From Candidatus Dormiibacterota bacterium (GTDB lineage Bacteria > Chloroflexota > Dormibacteria > Aeolococcales > Aeolococcaceae), in contig CAVPXI010000014.1 in the NCBI GenBank assembly GCA_963709585.1, positions 384,001 through 448,000 on the forward strand: DNA of 64,000 nucleotides, written 5' to 3'. A program made the translations under genes and the position numbers. Numbering within the stretch: position 1 is the stretch's first letter; every line of letters starts with the position of its first letter. Below, in pieces: positions 44,636-54,355 of this stretch. Below the pieces are notes generated by a model that made no database searches, was not told the origin of the DNA, and saw only the letters and a list, made by a program, of their open reading frames with translations.

Positions 44636-44986
44636 CATCGTCCAGAGGAGGATGAAGCGAAACTGGCGCGATCCCGTCCATCGAAATACCAAGACCGTGC
44701 CTCGGTCCACGTTTCATGGTCGGGGCATTCATTCCTTAGTCCGACCCTGTCGAGAGACGTCGAGTTAGACCGGCGCGTCGGCCAGAGTAGAAGCTTCTAC
44801 CGCGGCTGCCGAACTCTCCTGGAGCTTGAGTGCGGGCTGGAACGCCGGGACGGGACCAACGGCCCTGTCGCGTTGCGAGCGCGGGTGTCATGCTCCATGC
44901 ATGCGAGGTAGCCGCCGTTGTCGTGCGCGTATGACCGGGTCAGACACGGTGAACGCATACGCGCCGCGGCAGATCAGGGGGAGCCG

Positions 44987-45989
44987 ATGAAAGCGGTCGT
45001 CTACGACACCTATGGCTCACCTGATGTCCTGGAACTCAGAGAGATCGACGAACCGCTGGCCAGGGACGATCAGGTGCTGGTGCGGGTCATCGCAACTTCG
45101 CTGAATGCCGCTGACTGGCACTTGATGCGCGGCCTGCCGTACCTAGCGCGCCTGATTTTTGGGCTGCGCAAACCGAGCAAGGTCACCGTTCTCGGAGGCG
45201 ATATCGCGGGCCAGGTTGAAGCAGTTGGCAAGAACGTGACGCGGTTCATTCCAGGTGATGAGGTCTTCGGGCGGACGCGGGCCGCCATACGCCCCGATCG
45301 TCGCGATGCCGTCGCCACAGGTGGCTGTGCCGAGTTCGCATGCGTCGTCGAGGACGTACTGGTGCGGAAGCCGGCCAACCTGACTTTCGAACAGGCGGCG
45401 CCGTACCCTTGGCGGCGTTGACGGCGCTGCAGGCTCTGCGCGACAAGGGCGACGTTCAGCCAGGGCAGAAGGTCTTGATCAACGGGGCGTCAGGAGGGGT
45501 GGGCACATTCGCCGTGCAGATCGCGAAGGCGTTCGGCGGTGACGTGACCGGCGTATGCGGCAGCACGAACGGGGACATGGTGCGATCCATCGGCGCCGAT
45601 CAGGTCATCGACTACACCCAGGAGGACTTCACCAAGGGTGGGCAGCGTTATGACCTCATCCTCGACATCGCGGATCGTTCGCTGACCGACCTGCGACGTG
45701 CGCTCACAGCTCGGGGGACTTCGTCACGATCGGAGGATCGGCCGGTCGTTGGATCAATGGCCTTGGCCGCGAAAACAAGGAGCGCGTGGTATCCCCATTC
45801 GTGAGTAAGCGGCTACAACCGTTCCTCACGAAGTGGAACCGACAGGACCTGGAGGTTTTGAAGGAACTCATCGAAGGCGCCAAGGTCACGCCGGTCGTCG
45901 ACCGGGCCTACACCCTGAGTGAGAGCCCGGAGGCGATGCGTTACCTGGAACAAGGTCATGCTCGAGGAAAGATCGTCATCAAGGTGTGA
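44987..45989 (+). CDS. NAD(P)-dependent alcohol dehydrogenase/quinone oxidoreductase family (two frameshifts)
   Basis: [40 protein letters not shown] in three frames. Confidence 0.8.
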
Positions 45990-46110
45990 GGCGCGGGCTG
46001 GCGACGGCGAACGGGTGCGACGGGTCGAGCCGTGCTCCGATGATCGAGACGCGAGGATCACCGCGGTCGCGATCCTTCGCCAAAGTCGAGTTGGTCAGGC
46101 CGGACATCGG

Positions 46111-46503
46111 TCATCCGTCTAAGGCCACTACGACGAAGCAGGCCGTGAGCACCAGCCCGATCGGTGCCATGAGGAACCGCTCCCATCGACTGTGGGAAGC
46201 GCTGTTAGCGAGTGTGCTCAGGCCGACGATTACTGCGAGCACCCAGATTCCGACGCGCACGGGCGCGGATTCCCTCGCGACCCCGAGGCGTCCTGCGCGA
46301 GCAAGGACGACATAGAACGCCGCGACGAAAACGAAGGCAGATATCGCACTTGCGCCGCGCAATCTTGCGGGTAGTACCCCGTTCGCTCCACCGAACGCGG
46401 CGTGGCCCAGGGGGAAGCCGAGGGCCAAAAGGATCTGGAAGATCGCCATCCCGACGACCCCTGCCGCTGCAACGAGAGCCACCCAATTCGCCATGGATCT
46501 CAT
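46111..46503 (-). CDS. Four-TM membrane protein
   Basis: FQILLALGFPLGHAAFGG, LANSASHSRWER. Confidence 0.7.
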   Translation of the reverse strand: MRSMANWVALVAAAGVVGMAIFQILLALGFPLGHAAFGGANGVLPARLRGASAISAFVFVAAFYVVLARAGRLGVARESAPVRVGIWVLAVIVGLSTLANSASHSRWERFLMAPIGLVLTACFVVVALDG

Positions 46504-46815
46504 TTCCAACCTCTGCTGTCGCTCGGCAAGGGGCGCCGCCTCATTGTCCATCCCAGGACGAGTTCCATGGGTGGCGGTCGTCGCGCGCCGCGCCTTCTTA
46601 CTTCGGGGACCTTGGCAAGGACACACATTTGGTCGTTGGCTGGCAGGCGAGTGCGGCCCAGCGACTGGATCACCTGCACCGGGTGCATCCCGAGATGCGG
46701 AAATACGCGCCCCGTTGGTCCGGCTGAGGCCAATCCATCGCCTGTGGAGGTGTTTGACGCATTTGCGCGGATGTAACTGTTGTGACGTGGTCCCGTTTGA
46801 ATGGTGGAGACAGAG

Positions 46816-47628
46816 ATGAAACGCACAACCACCATAGGCACGGCGATCGCCGCTCTTGGCCTCGCAGCATGTGGATCGACAGTCGCTCCGAGGGTAACCC
46901 CGACCCCCGCAACGACGGTCACCTCAACCCCTGCGCCGATCGCAACCCCTGCGCCGACCGCAACGCTCGTGCCGACTCCATCATCCACTCCCGTGCCGCC
47001 GTCGCCGAATTATTGGTGGCCAGCCGAGGGGAATGCCAACGACTCCGTGGGCATGGATAACGGAACACTCGTCGGAGTCACGTTCGGTCCGGGTGTGTAT
47101 GGAACCGACCAGGCGTTCAGTTTTGGCGGAGCGGCGGATCAAGTCGTATTCAACACGGATGGCGGCAACCCTGGTACCGATGCCTTCACGTTCGCGTTCG
47201 CTCTCAAGACGACCGCGGCAACCCAAGAACAGGCCATTTGGGAGAAGCGAGCGCAGTGCGACTCCGACGGGACCAGCTTTTGGGGGTTCCGAATGCAGCC
47301 CAACGGGGTGGTCAATTTCGAGGCTCAGAATACCGTCGGCCAAGACTACGTGGACCTGGGTTCAACGGCGGTGGTCAACGACGGAGCGTGGCACTGGGTG
47401 GCCGTGACCAGACAGACCACTACGGCATCGCTGTATGTGGACGGCCAACTTCAAGCGACCACCACGACTGCAACAACCGCTGATATCTCGAAAAGAACGC
47501 CGATGCGGGCCGGTGTGAGCACTTGTGATGGGGTCGACGGGACCAGTGCGCTCGTGGGCCAACTGGACGAACTGATGATTTTCCGAGTGGCCCTCACCCG
47601 GTCGCAGATCCAGACCCTCGGGAGCTAA
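46816..47628 (+). CDS. Lipoprotein with LamG-like jelly-roll domain
   Basis: Lipobox LAAC, PT-rich linker, EGNAND, DGAWHWVAVT, LYVDG, GQLDELMIF. Confidence 0.82.
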   Translation: MKRTTTIGTAIAALGLAACGSTVAPRVTPTPATTVTSTPAPIATPAPTATLVPTPSSTPVPPSPNYWWPAEGNANDSVGMDNGTLVGVTFGPGVYGTDQAFSFGGAADQVVFNTDGGNPGTDAFTFAFALKTTAATQEQAIWEKRAQCDSDGTSFWGFRMQPNGVVNFEAQNTVGQDYVDLGSTAVVNDGAWHWVAVTRQTTTASLYVDGQLQATTTTATTADISKRTPMRAGVSTCDGVDGTSALVGQLDELMIFRVALTRSQIQTLGS

Positions 47629-47656
47629 ACGTCGCAGCATCTTTTTGGACCTCCCA

Positions 47657-49358
47657 TCATCGTTTTGGACCTGTCACCGGTTGCCATGTCACCTCGGGCC
47701 ACGACCACTCGAGGTTGAGTTCCGAGTTGAACTGCCCGTCCGCGTACGCGATTGGCGATGGCCCAGGCGCCACCGCGACCGAAACCACCCCATCGATCGA
47801 GCTGAGGAGCAGGCGTTTGCCATCGGGTGACCACAGGAGCCCGGACACCAAGAAGTTGGGCGGGACAGGCACCTCAACGACGTTCCGGCCGCGGGTGTCC
47901 ATGGTGACGACGTGTTGAGAGCTAGCGGCGACGTATGCCACTCGGTTGCCGTCCGGGGAAACCGTGGAAACGGTGCTGTAACCACCGGACGCGAGTTGTG
48001 TGTCGTGGCTGCCGTCGGCGTCTATGCGGTTCACGACCAGTGAATCACTGACCGGGTCCGTGCTGGTGTAAATGATGCCGTCGTCGGCCGTCCAACCGAT
48101 GGATCCCGAGTAGGACCCGGGAACAACTCCCTGTACCGCGATCACGGTGGGGGTGCTGCCGTCGATCGGGACGACGCGGATGTGGCCCGGCTCCGCCACC
48201 GCGATTCGCTTACCGTCGCGAGACCATGCGAATCCGTTCTGGCCCCACGGCGTGGCCAGGACCTGGAACAGCGTCGTCTTCCCTGACGTGGTGTCGGCGA
48301 CCCACAGATCAGCCCCCACGCGGTAGGCGACATGCCTGCCGTCGGGCGACCACTGCGGGCATGCGATCTCCCCCGGAGCCGTCGGTAGGGTGAGACGCAT
48401 GAGCGGCTGGGATGGGTCGCTCAGTGCGACGATCACCACGGCTCGATCCGAAACGGGCCATACCCCTCGACCTGACGTGACGGCGCCTGAGGCGCGGGCC
48501 TCTCCGTAGGCGAGCCGCTGTCCGTCAGGTGAGAACGCCGGGCAGTCCTGGGCGATGCCGTCGCCGTCGGATCCGATAACCCGCCGCGGAGAGGCGCCTG
48601 GACTTAAGAGGTAGATGTCGCCGTTCTCACCCCCACCGAAGGTCCAAGGGTTCGCGGAGGCTGCGATCCAACCCTGGGAAGCGACGGACGGTGGCACGGG
48701 CGGAGGACTTTCCGCGATGAAGATCTCCCACGTCGTCGACGGCGAGGTCGAGATCTCGATGGTCACTGGCTTCCCGAGGTCGGCCGCCTTCAGCACCTGA
48801 TTCGGGTATGAGGGCAACGACGTGGCAACGATGGCGGCATCGGCGGCTGAGGACGAGCAGCCCGGGCGCACCTCGGGGCCTAGGACGCCCGTGGCGGTGA
48901 CAACCAACGAGCTGTCGCCGACGCACGCGTACTGAATGTAGAGCTCCCCTTCGGGGATGATCGTCACGCTTGCGGTGCCCATGCCCTGCGTCTCCGGCAC
49001 CAGGACGGGCGCCAATACGGGCAACTCGGTTTGAATGGGCAAGTCTGAGCGAGAGGGCGAACCGGGGGTGTGGCGACGGCAGGGGGCTCGGCGACCACAC
49101 GGGGCGCAGCGGCGACACCGAGTGCTTGGCCGGCGCCGGGGTGCTCACGCGGTGTGCACTCAACTCAGTGGCGAACACGACGATTCCCGCCGCGATCACG
49201 GCGATTCCGACAACGCCGGCGAGACGACCCAGCGCCTTTCGACCTGAACGCGACGCGCGCGTCGTGATCCGCCCGAGGCTTGGCTGCGGATCCTGAGTTG
49301 CGATGCGGTCGTACATGGCCTGCAGCTGTCGGTCCAACTCAGGCTCAATGTCAAGCAT
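47657..49358 (-). CDS. Putative single-TM anti-sigma factor 2 with TolB-like beta-propeller (frameshift near 49060)
   Basis: MLDIEPELDRQLQAMYDRIATQDP + TM; repeated SPDG/SRDG blades. Confidence 0.78.
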
Positions 49359-49872
49359 CGCCAAGCTCCTTTCGCAATGAAGCCAACCCGCGCGCGACAT
49401 GCGTGCGAACAGTGCCCGGCTTGCATCCCATGAAATCGGCGGACTCCTCGACCGAGTAGCCGTACCTGTAGTTGAGGGTGATCGCTGCCCGCTGCCTTAT
49501 CGACAAAGTGCGATATGCGTGGTCGATGTCGATGGTCTCCGCGGGACTGGTCTGACCCCGAGACGCACCGGCCGACTCGAACAGTTCGAGTGGCGGCCAG
49601 CCTCGAGCGCGGAGGTGCCGGCGTATGCTGGTGCACTGGTTGACGCACACGCGGGTCAGCCAGCGCGCCAGGTGATCGCTCTCCGATATGGACGGCCAGG
49701 ACCGCCAGGCCTTGAGCAACGTCTCCTGCACCGCGTCCTCTGCTTCGCCCTCATCCCTGAGGATGGAGAGCGCGAGTGTGTACAGCCTCCTCGCATCGGC
49801 GGCGACCAGGGCCTCGAACGCCAGCTCTGGCCGGGATTCACTCGTTGTCATCCGGCCGGCTGATCCAATCAC
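49351..49872 (-). CDS. ECF sigma-70 factor 2 (close paralog of sigma 1)
   Basis: LYTLALSILRDEGEAEDAVQETLLKAWRSW...GTVRTHVARGLASLRKEL. Confidence 0.92.
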   Translation of the reverse strand: MIGSAGRMTTSESRPELAFEALVAADARRLYTLALSILRDEGEAEDAVQETLLKAWRSWPSISESDHLARWLTRVCVNQCTSIRRHLRARGWPPLELFESAGASRGQTSPAETIDIDHAYRTLSIRQRAAITLNYRYGYSVEESADFMGCKPGTVRTHVARGLASLRKELGDA

Positions 49873-49909
49873 CCCCTTAATAACGCTTTCCGAGGCGATT
49901 TTGCTGACA
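49849..49909 (-). repeat. ECF promoter repeat, copy D (native position before sigma 2)
   Basis: TGTCAGCAAAATCGCCTCGGAAAGCGTTATTAAGGGGGTGATTGGATCAGCC. Confidence 0.88.
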
Positions 49910-50089
49910 TGCGAGGTGCGATGTTGGGCCGCAAAGGCGTGCGCCGCGAGGCACGTTGTCGACTGGCACGAGGTGATGCTCTGAGGAGGCCGGAAGCGAC
50001 CGATCTCAGCAACCTCGTCCGTCGTTACTACGACCCCCAAGACGCCCCGCCTCGCGACCCGCCCAGCTCCATCGGCCAGAGCGCGGTTG

Positions 50090-50152
50090 TGTCAGCAAAA
50101 TCGCCTCCGGAAGCGTTAGTAAGGGGGTGATGGGACCAGCCCGCCGGATGAC
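50090..50152 (+). repeat. ECF promoter + first sigma codons, copy E
   Basis: TGTCAGCAAAATCGCCTCCGGAAGCGTTAGTAAGGGGGTGATGGGACCAGCCCGCCGGATGAC. Confidence 0.88.
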
Positions 50153-50798
50153 GGCGACCAACGACAGAGACACCATGGCAGCCAACACCGCAACGGACCG
50201 GCGCCGCGGTCGTACGCGCTGGGCGTTCTGGCTCGTCGCTGCGACCGCGAGCGTCACTCTGGGGGCATGCGCGGCATCGAGCCCGACCATCGCGCGCTCA
50301 GCGTCGGCAGCGCCAACCACCGCCCCCTCGTCGTTGGCACCGCCGGCCAACGGCACCTCCCCATTGCCACCGCCGACCGACCCATCGTTGGTGCCGGGTG
50401 CGCCGGCACCCCATTTGGCGGTGGAACTCTCGGTCGGAACGCCCTACACGTACTGGGCCCCTTCGGGAGACGGGATGCAGGTCACAGTGCTTGCGCTGAT
50501 CGACCCCGCTCAAGGGACGAGCGGGGCACACCCCGCCGACGGATATCGCTTCGTCGCCGCCAAGCTCCAGATCAACGGGTGGGCTAGCTCGATTTTGGTC
50601 GATCCCAATCGCGACGCAGCCCTCATCCTCGCCGACAACACTGCCGCAAACGCCCAGGTCAACGACGTCGTCAAAGGCTGCGCCAACTTCCATCGCGGCA
50701 GCTATGCGATCGACGCCGGGGACGTGATCGACGGATGCCTCGTTTTCCAGGTGTCCAACGACGACCGTCTTCACGGCATGGAATGGGGCATCGGGTAG
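50127..50798 (+). CDS. Lipoprotein of unknown function (start 50127 or 50176)
   Basis: Lipobox LGAC, Pro-rich linker, GYRFVA, GCLVFQV. Confidence 0.7.
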   Translation: MMGPARRMTATNDRDTMAANTATDRRRGRTRWAFWLVAATASVTLGACAASSPTIARSASAAPTTAPSSLAPPANGTSPLPPPTDPSLVPGAPAPHLAVELSVGTPYTYWAPSGDGMQVTVLALIDPAQGTSGAHPADGYRFVAAKLQINGWASSILVDPNRDAALILADNTAANAQVNDVVKGCANFHRGSYAIDAGDVIDGCLVFQVSNDDRLHGMEWGIG

Positions 50799-51158
50799 CA
50801 CCAGTCGACAAGCGCGGTCGCCCGCGCGCCACCGGAACCGGCCTGCGACGTCGAGGATGGCGTGGTCGACCAGGGGCGTTGTACAAGGACACATCCACGC
50901 TATCGACCGGCCCGGTTTGCGGCTAATCGCCCGTCATGCACCGGTCCGGCCGGCTTAACCTACATTTGCGGTTTGAAGCGCACACGTCCTCCACTAATAT
51001 GCCGGGAGTGACAAATGGCGACTGCCCGAGGGGCTCGCCCCGCGGTCATGCCGGAGGTCGTCGCCTGTCATTGCAGTCGCCACCATCGAGCCCTCTTGAC
51101 GCGCGAGGCTCGTACATGGAGACTTCGCAATCGCCGACCACCATGGAGGAACCGTTTG

Positions 51159-51542
51159 ATGCCAGGCGAACTGAAAAGTGTCGCAACCGACTTCTTCGCG
51201 GCGCTTGATGCCTTGGATGCTGATCGGATGAGACAGATGTTGACGGAGGATATCCAGAGTGTCGACGAGGGCTCGCGACGCTGGCTGCGCGGCAGAGGCG
51301 ACGTAGACAATTACCTCCGCGAGCTGATGCCCGCGGTGAGTGACGTGGAAACGCAACTTCGAGATGCGGAGGAGCGCATTTGGGGGGACACAGGGCTACT
51401 GACCTGTTGGATCGACCAGGACTACACGATGCACGGCACCCCGCAGCACATCTCGGCTCCGACCACGCTGATTCTCCGCCGCGACGGCGGCGCCTGGAAG
51501 CTGGTCCTGTGGCATTCGATCCCTCTTCCCGAGCAGGCCTAG
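51159..51542 (+). CDS. SnoaL/NTF2-like protein
   Basis: FFAALDALD, WGDTG, RRDGGAWKLVLWHS; GGAGG RBS. Confidence 0.75.
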   Translation: MPGELKSVATDFFAALDALDADRMRQMLTEDIQSVDEGSRRWLRGRGDVDNYLRELMPAVSDVETQLRDAEERIWGDTGLLTCWIDQDYTMHGTPQHISAPTTLILRRDGGAWKLVLWHSIPLPEQA

Positions 51543-51836
51543 CCACACCGTTAGTCCGGAAGCATGGATAGCTCGACTTGATCGAAAGTGAGCGGGCGAG
51601 TGTCAACGAGCGTTGAACTGGGATACGAACGACCGCGCGGCCATAGCCCGGGCCAACCTCGTCCATCGTTAATACAACCCTCCACTCGGGAGTTGCGACC
51701 ACTGCCGGTTCACCGTGGGCTCGAACCCCTCAGGCTCCGACAAGGCCGTCGGAAGTCTTGTTAGGATCCGCCCCGAGCCAGGGACGGATGGACCCTAGCC
51801 TCGACCACAACCGAAAGACGCAGAGGGAACCCAGAT

Positions 51837-52112
51837 ATGGCACTCAGCTTTTACTTCACGCCCAGCTCGTTCACGCCCGCACGGTACGACGACACGATCA
51901 AGCGGCTCGAAGCGGCGGGAGCCGGAGCGCCTGCCGGAAGGTTGTATCACTGTGCAATGGAAGCGGACGGCTTGATCCAGGTGTTTGACGTCTGGGAATC
52001 TCAGGAGGCATTCGAAGCGTTCGGGGCGACGCTGGTCCCGATCATGACCGAGCTCGGCGCTGATCCCGGCAAGCCGATGGTTGCGCCTGTTCATAACATC
52101 ATCAAAGGCTGA
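51837..52112 (+). CDS. Small dimeric alpha-beta barrel-like hypothetical protein
   Basis: GRLYH, VFDVWESQEAFEAF, PVHN. Confidence 0.7.
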   Translation: MALSFYFTPSSFTPARYDDTIKRLEAAGAGAPAGRLYHCAMEADGLIQVFDVWESQEAFEAFGATLVPIMTELGADPGKPMVAPVHNIIKG

Positions 52113-52362
52113 TTTCATAACTCGCCCTGACGGGCCAGCGGGCTGACGCAGTCCAGCCCCGCGGCACGATTGACGAGCGTTTTCTCTCGGGTGACCGGGG
52201 GCCGGCGCGCCCAACGGCCATTGACCGCCAAACGACGCCCGCCAGTACAGCTGGACAACCTCGTCAATCGCTAATACCACCCCCTCCGCAAGCGTCGCCG
52301 CAGGAGGTTGCCTCGTCGGTTCGTATTCTGGCGGAGCTGCCAGGGGGCAGAGGCGGGCATAT

Positions 52363-52888
52363 CTAGCGGCAGACGGCATCGAGAAACGCCCTCGCCTCCC
52401 GCCGCGAACGGAGCACGTGCGCCGTTTTGTGAGACGCGTGCCGCGAGATCTCGGAGCGTGCGTACTCAGGTTCTGAACGGCGGTTGCGCCAAATCCTCCC
52501 TACGCCGCCCCACTCGTCGCGCAAGCGTCGCCTGACCGAGTCCTCGCAGCCCTGGGGCATCTCGCCGACGGGCTTGCGAAGCCCCCGCACAAACGCGCGA
52601 ACTCGCGCACAACCACCAAGGAGTATCGAGAAAGACGACGGTTTCCGCGCGTTCGAGCCGGATGGCGAGCGTCTCGTTGTCGTTGCCGTCGATGATCCAA
52701 GCCTCGCCGGCGAGCAACTCGCGTTGCCGGTCTCGCCACTCGTCGTCCGACGGTCGCACCCAGCCCGGCTTCCAGTAGTGGACGTCGAGGTGAATCACCG
52801 GCAAACCAGTCCTTGCCGCGAGCTCACGTGCGAACGTGCTCTTCCCGGACCCCATCATCCCATCGACGAGGACGCGGTGGCCGATCAT
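52363..52888 (-). CDS. FlaR/adenylate kinase-like P-loop protein (frameshift near 52600)
   Basis: GMMGSGKST, HLDVHYWKPGW, WIIDGN. Confidence 0.75.
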
Positions 52889-52998
52889 CCGAGACGGGCC
52901 GTTCACGGCGCAGAGTATTCCAAAGGCGCTGAGCAGATAGCCCGCTCGGCGCTCGCTATCACTTGAGCCGTTCGGGCTCTTCTCCACCGAACACCGAG

Positions 52999-53130
52999 GC
53001 CGGGCAGACGGGATGGGACAACCTGGTGCTGCTTTGCTACCGACACCACTGGTCGGTGCACATAGGCGGCTGATGGCTGGTCGGGTCCGAAAGCGGATCC
53101 TGGCGATCCCGCCGTCGCATCAATTCCCGC
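52999..53130 (+). pseudogene. Remnant of HNH (DUF222-type) 3' end
   Basis: GQTGWDNLVLLCYRHHWSVHIGG*W. Confidence 0.65.
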
Positions 53131-53141
53131 TTGGGGCCGCG

Positions 53142-54353
53142 TTACGCGCGCCCCTCCTCCCGTTTCAGTTCCTCGCGGCCGATGATCGAATAGTGGACCT
53201 CGTCGGGCCCGTCCATGAACCGCGCGGATCGCGCGTAGGCGAACATCTGAGTCAGGGGCAGATCCTGGGACACGCCGGCCCCGCCGTGCACCTGGATGGC
53301 GCGGTCGATCACCGTCTGGGCGACGTTGGGAGCGACCACCTTGATCGCCGAGATCTCGAAGCGTGCGCCGAGACTGCCCTGGGTGTCGAGCAGCCACGCG
53401 GCCTTCTGGCACAACAACCTCGCCTGCTCGATCTCGATGCGCGATTTGGCGATCTGCTCGCGCACCACGCCCTGCTCGGCAAGCCGCTTACCGAACGCGG
53501 TGCGTGACTTGGCGCGCTCGCACATCAGCGACAGGGCGTGCTCGGCGGCGCCGATCAGACGCATGCAGTGATGCAGGCGCCCGGGGCCGAGCCGCGCCTG
53601 GGCGATCATGAAGGCGGTGCCCTCGTCACCGATGCGCGCCGTCTGTGGAACGCGGACGTTCTCGAGCAGGACCTCGCAATGGCTGCCCGGGTCGTCGAAA
53701 CCGAAGACCTTGAGCTGGCGGACGATGGTCACCCCGGCCGCGTCGATCGGCACCAACACCATGGTGTGCCGGGCGTGGCGTTCGGCGTCGGGATGGGTCA
53801 TGCCGATGAGCAGGATGACCCGGGCGTTGGGATGCGCCGCCCCGCTGGTGAACCACTTATGGCCATTGATGACATAATCATCGCCATCCCGATCGATGCG
53901 CGTCGCCAGCTGGGTGGGGTCCGAGCTGGCCACCTCGGGCTCGGTCATGCCGATACACGAGCGAATCTCGCCTGCCAGGAGCGGTTGGAGCCACATGTCC
54001 TGCTGCTCGGGAGTCCCGAACTGCGCGAGCACCTCCATGTTCCCCGTGTCCGGCGCGGAGCAGTTCATCGCCTCCGACGCGATCGCGCTCCAGCCCATGA
54101 TCTCGGCGAGCGCGCCGTACTCGAGATTGGTGAGACCAGGACCGAAGCGGTTGTCCGGCAGGAACAGGTTCCAGAGGCCGCGCCGGCGCGCCTCCGCCTT
54201 CAACTCCTCCATCACCGGCGAGATCCGCTGCGGGATGGTCTCCGCGGAGAAGCCGCGCCAGTACTCCTCCTCGGCCGGCCGGATGCGCTCGTCCATGAAG
54301 CGCCAGACCTTCTCGCTGAGCTCGCGCACCCTCTGTGTCTCCGCAAAGTCCAT
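53142..54353 (-). CDS. Acyl-CoA dehydrogenase (ACAD10/11-like)
   Basis: NCSAPDTGNMEVL, MTEPEVASSD, RLGPGRLHHCMR, QVHGGAG, DGPDEVH. Confidence 0.93.
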   Translation of the reverse strand: MDFAETQRVRELSEKVWRFMDERIRPAEEEYWRGFSAETIPQRISPVMEELKAEARRRGLWNLFLPDNRFGPGLTNLEYGALAEIMGWSAIASEAMNCSAPDTGNMEVLAQFGTPEQQDMWLQPLLAGEIRSCIGMTEPEVASSDPTQLATRIDRDGDDYVINGHKWFTSGAAHPNARVILLIGMTHPDAERHARHTMVLVPIDAAGVTIVRQLKVFGFDDPGSHCEVLLENVRVPQTARIGDEGTAFMIAQARLGPGRLHHCMRLIGAAEHALSLMCERAKSRTAFGKRLAEQGVVREQIAKSRIEIEQARLLCQKAAWLLDTQGSLGARFEISAIKVVAPNVAQTVIDRAIQVHGGAGVSQDLPLTQMFAYARSARFMDGPDEVHYSIIGREELKREEGRA

Positions 54354-54355
54354 GT

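Noticed and set aside
46772-46797. Sixth copy of the ECF repeat (TGTAAC-N16-CGTT before the LamG lipoprotein)
   Set aside because: Plausible ECF-type promoter, but spacer and spacing differ from the repeat family
47643-47672. Direct repeat TTTTGGACCT x2 at 20-bp period
   Set aside because: Only two copies between convergent gene ends; no supporting function
51705-51740. tRNA fragment or att site (GGGTTCGAGCCC on minus strand)
   Set aside because: No full T-stem or acceptor stem; just a short hairpin
36328-53141. Integron cassette array or CRISPR array
   Set aside because: Genes lie on both strands, no paired RYYYAAC/GTTRRRY attC sites or integrase were seen, and repeats are irregularly spaced promoter/leader copies without spacers or cas genes
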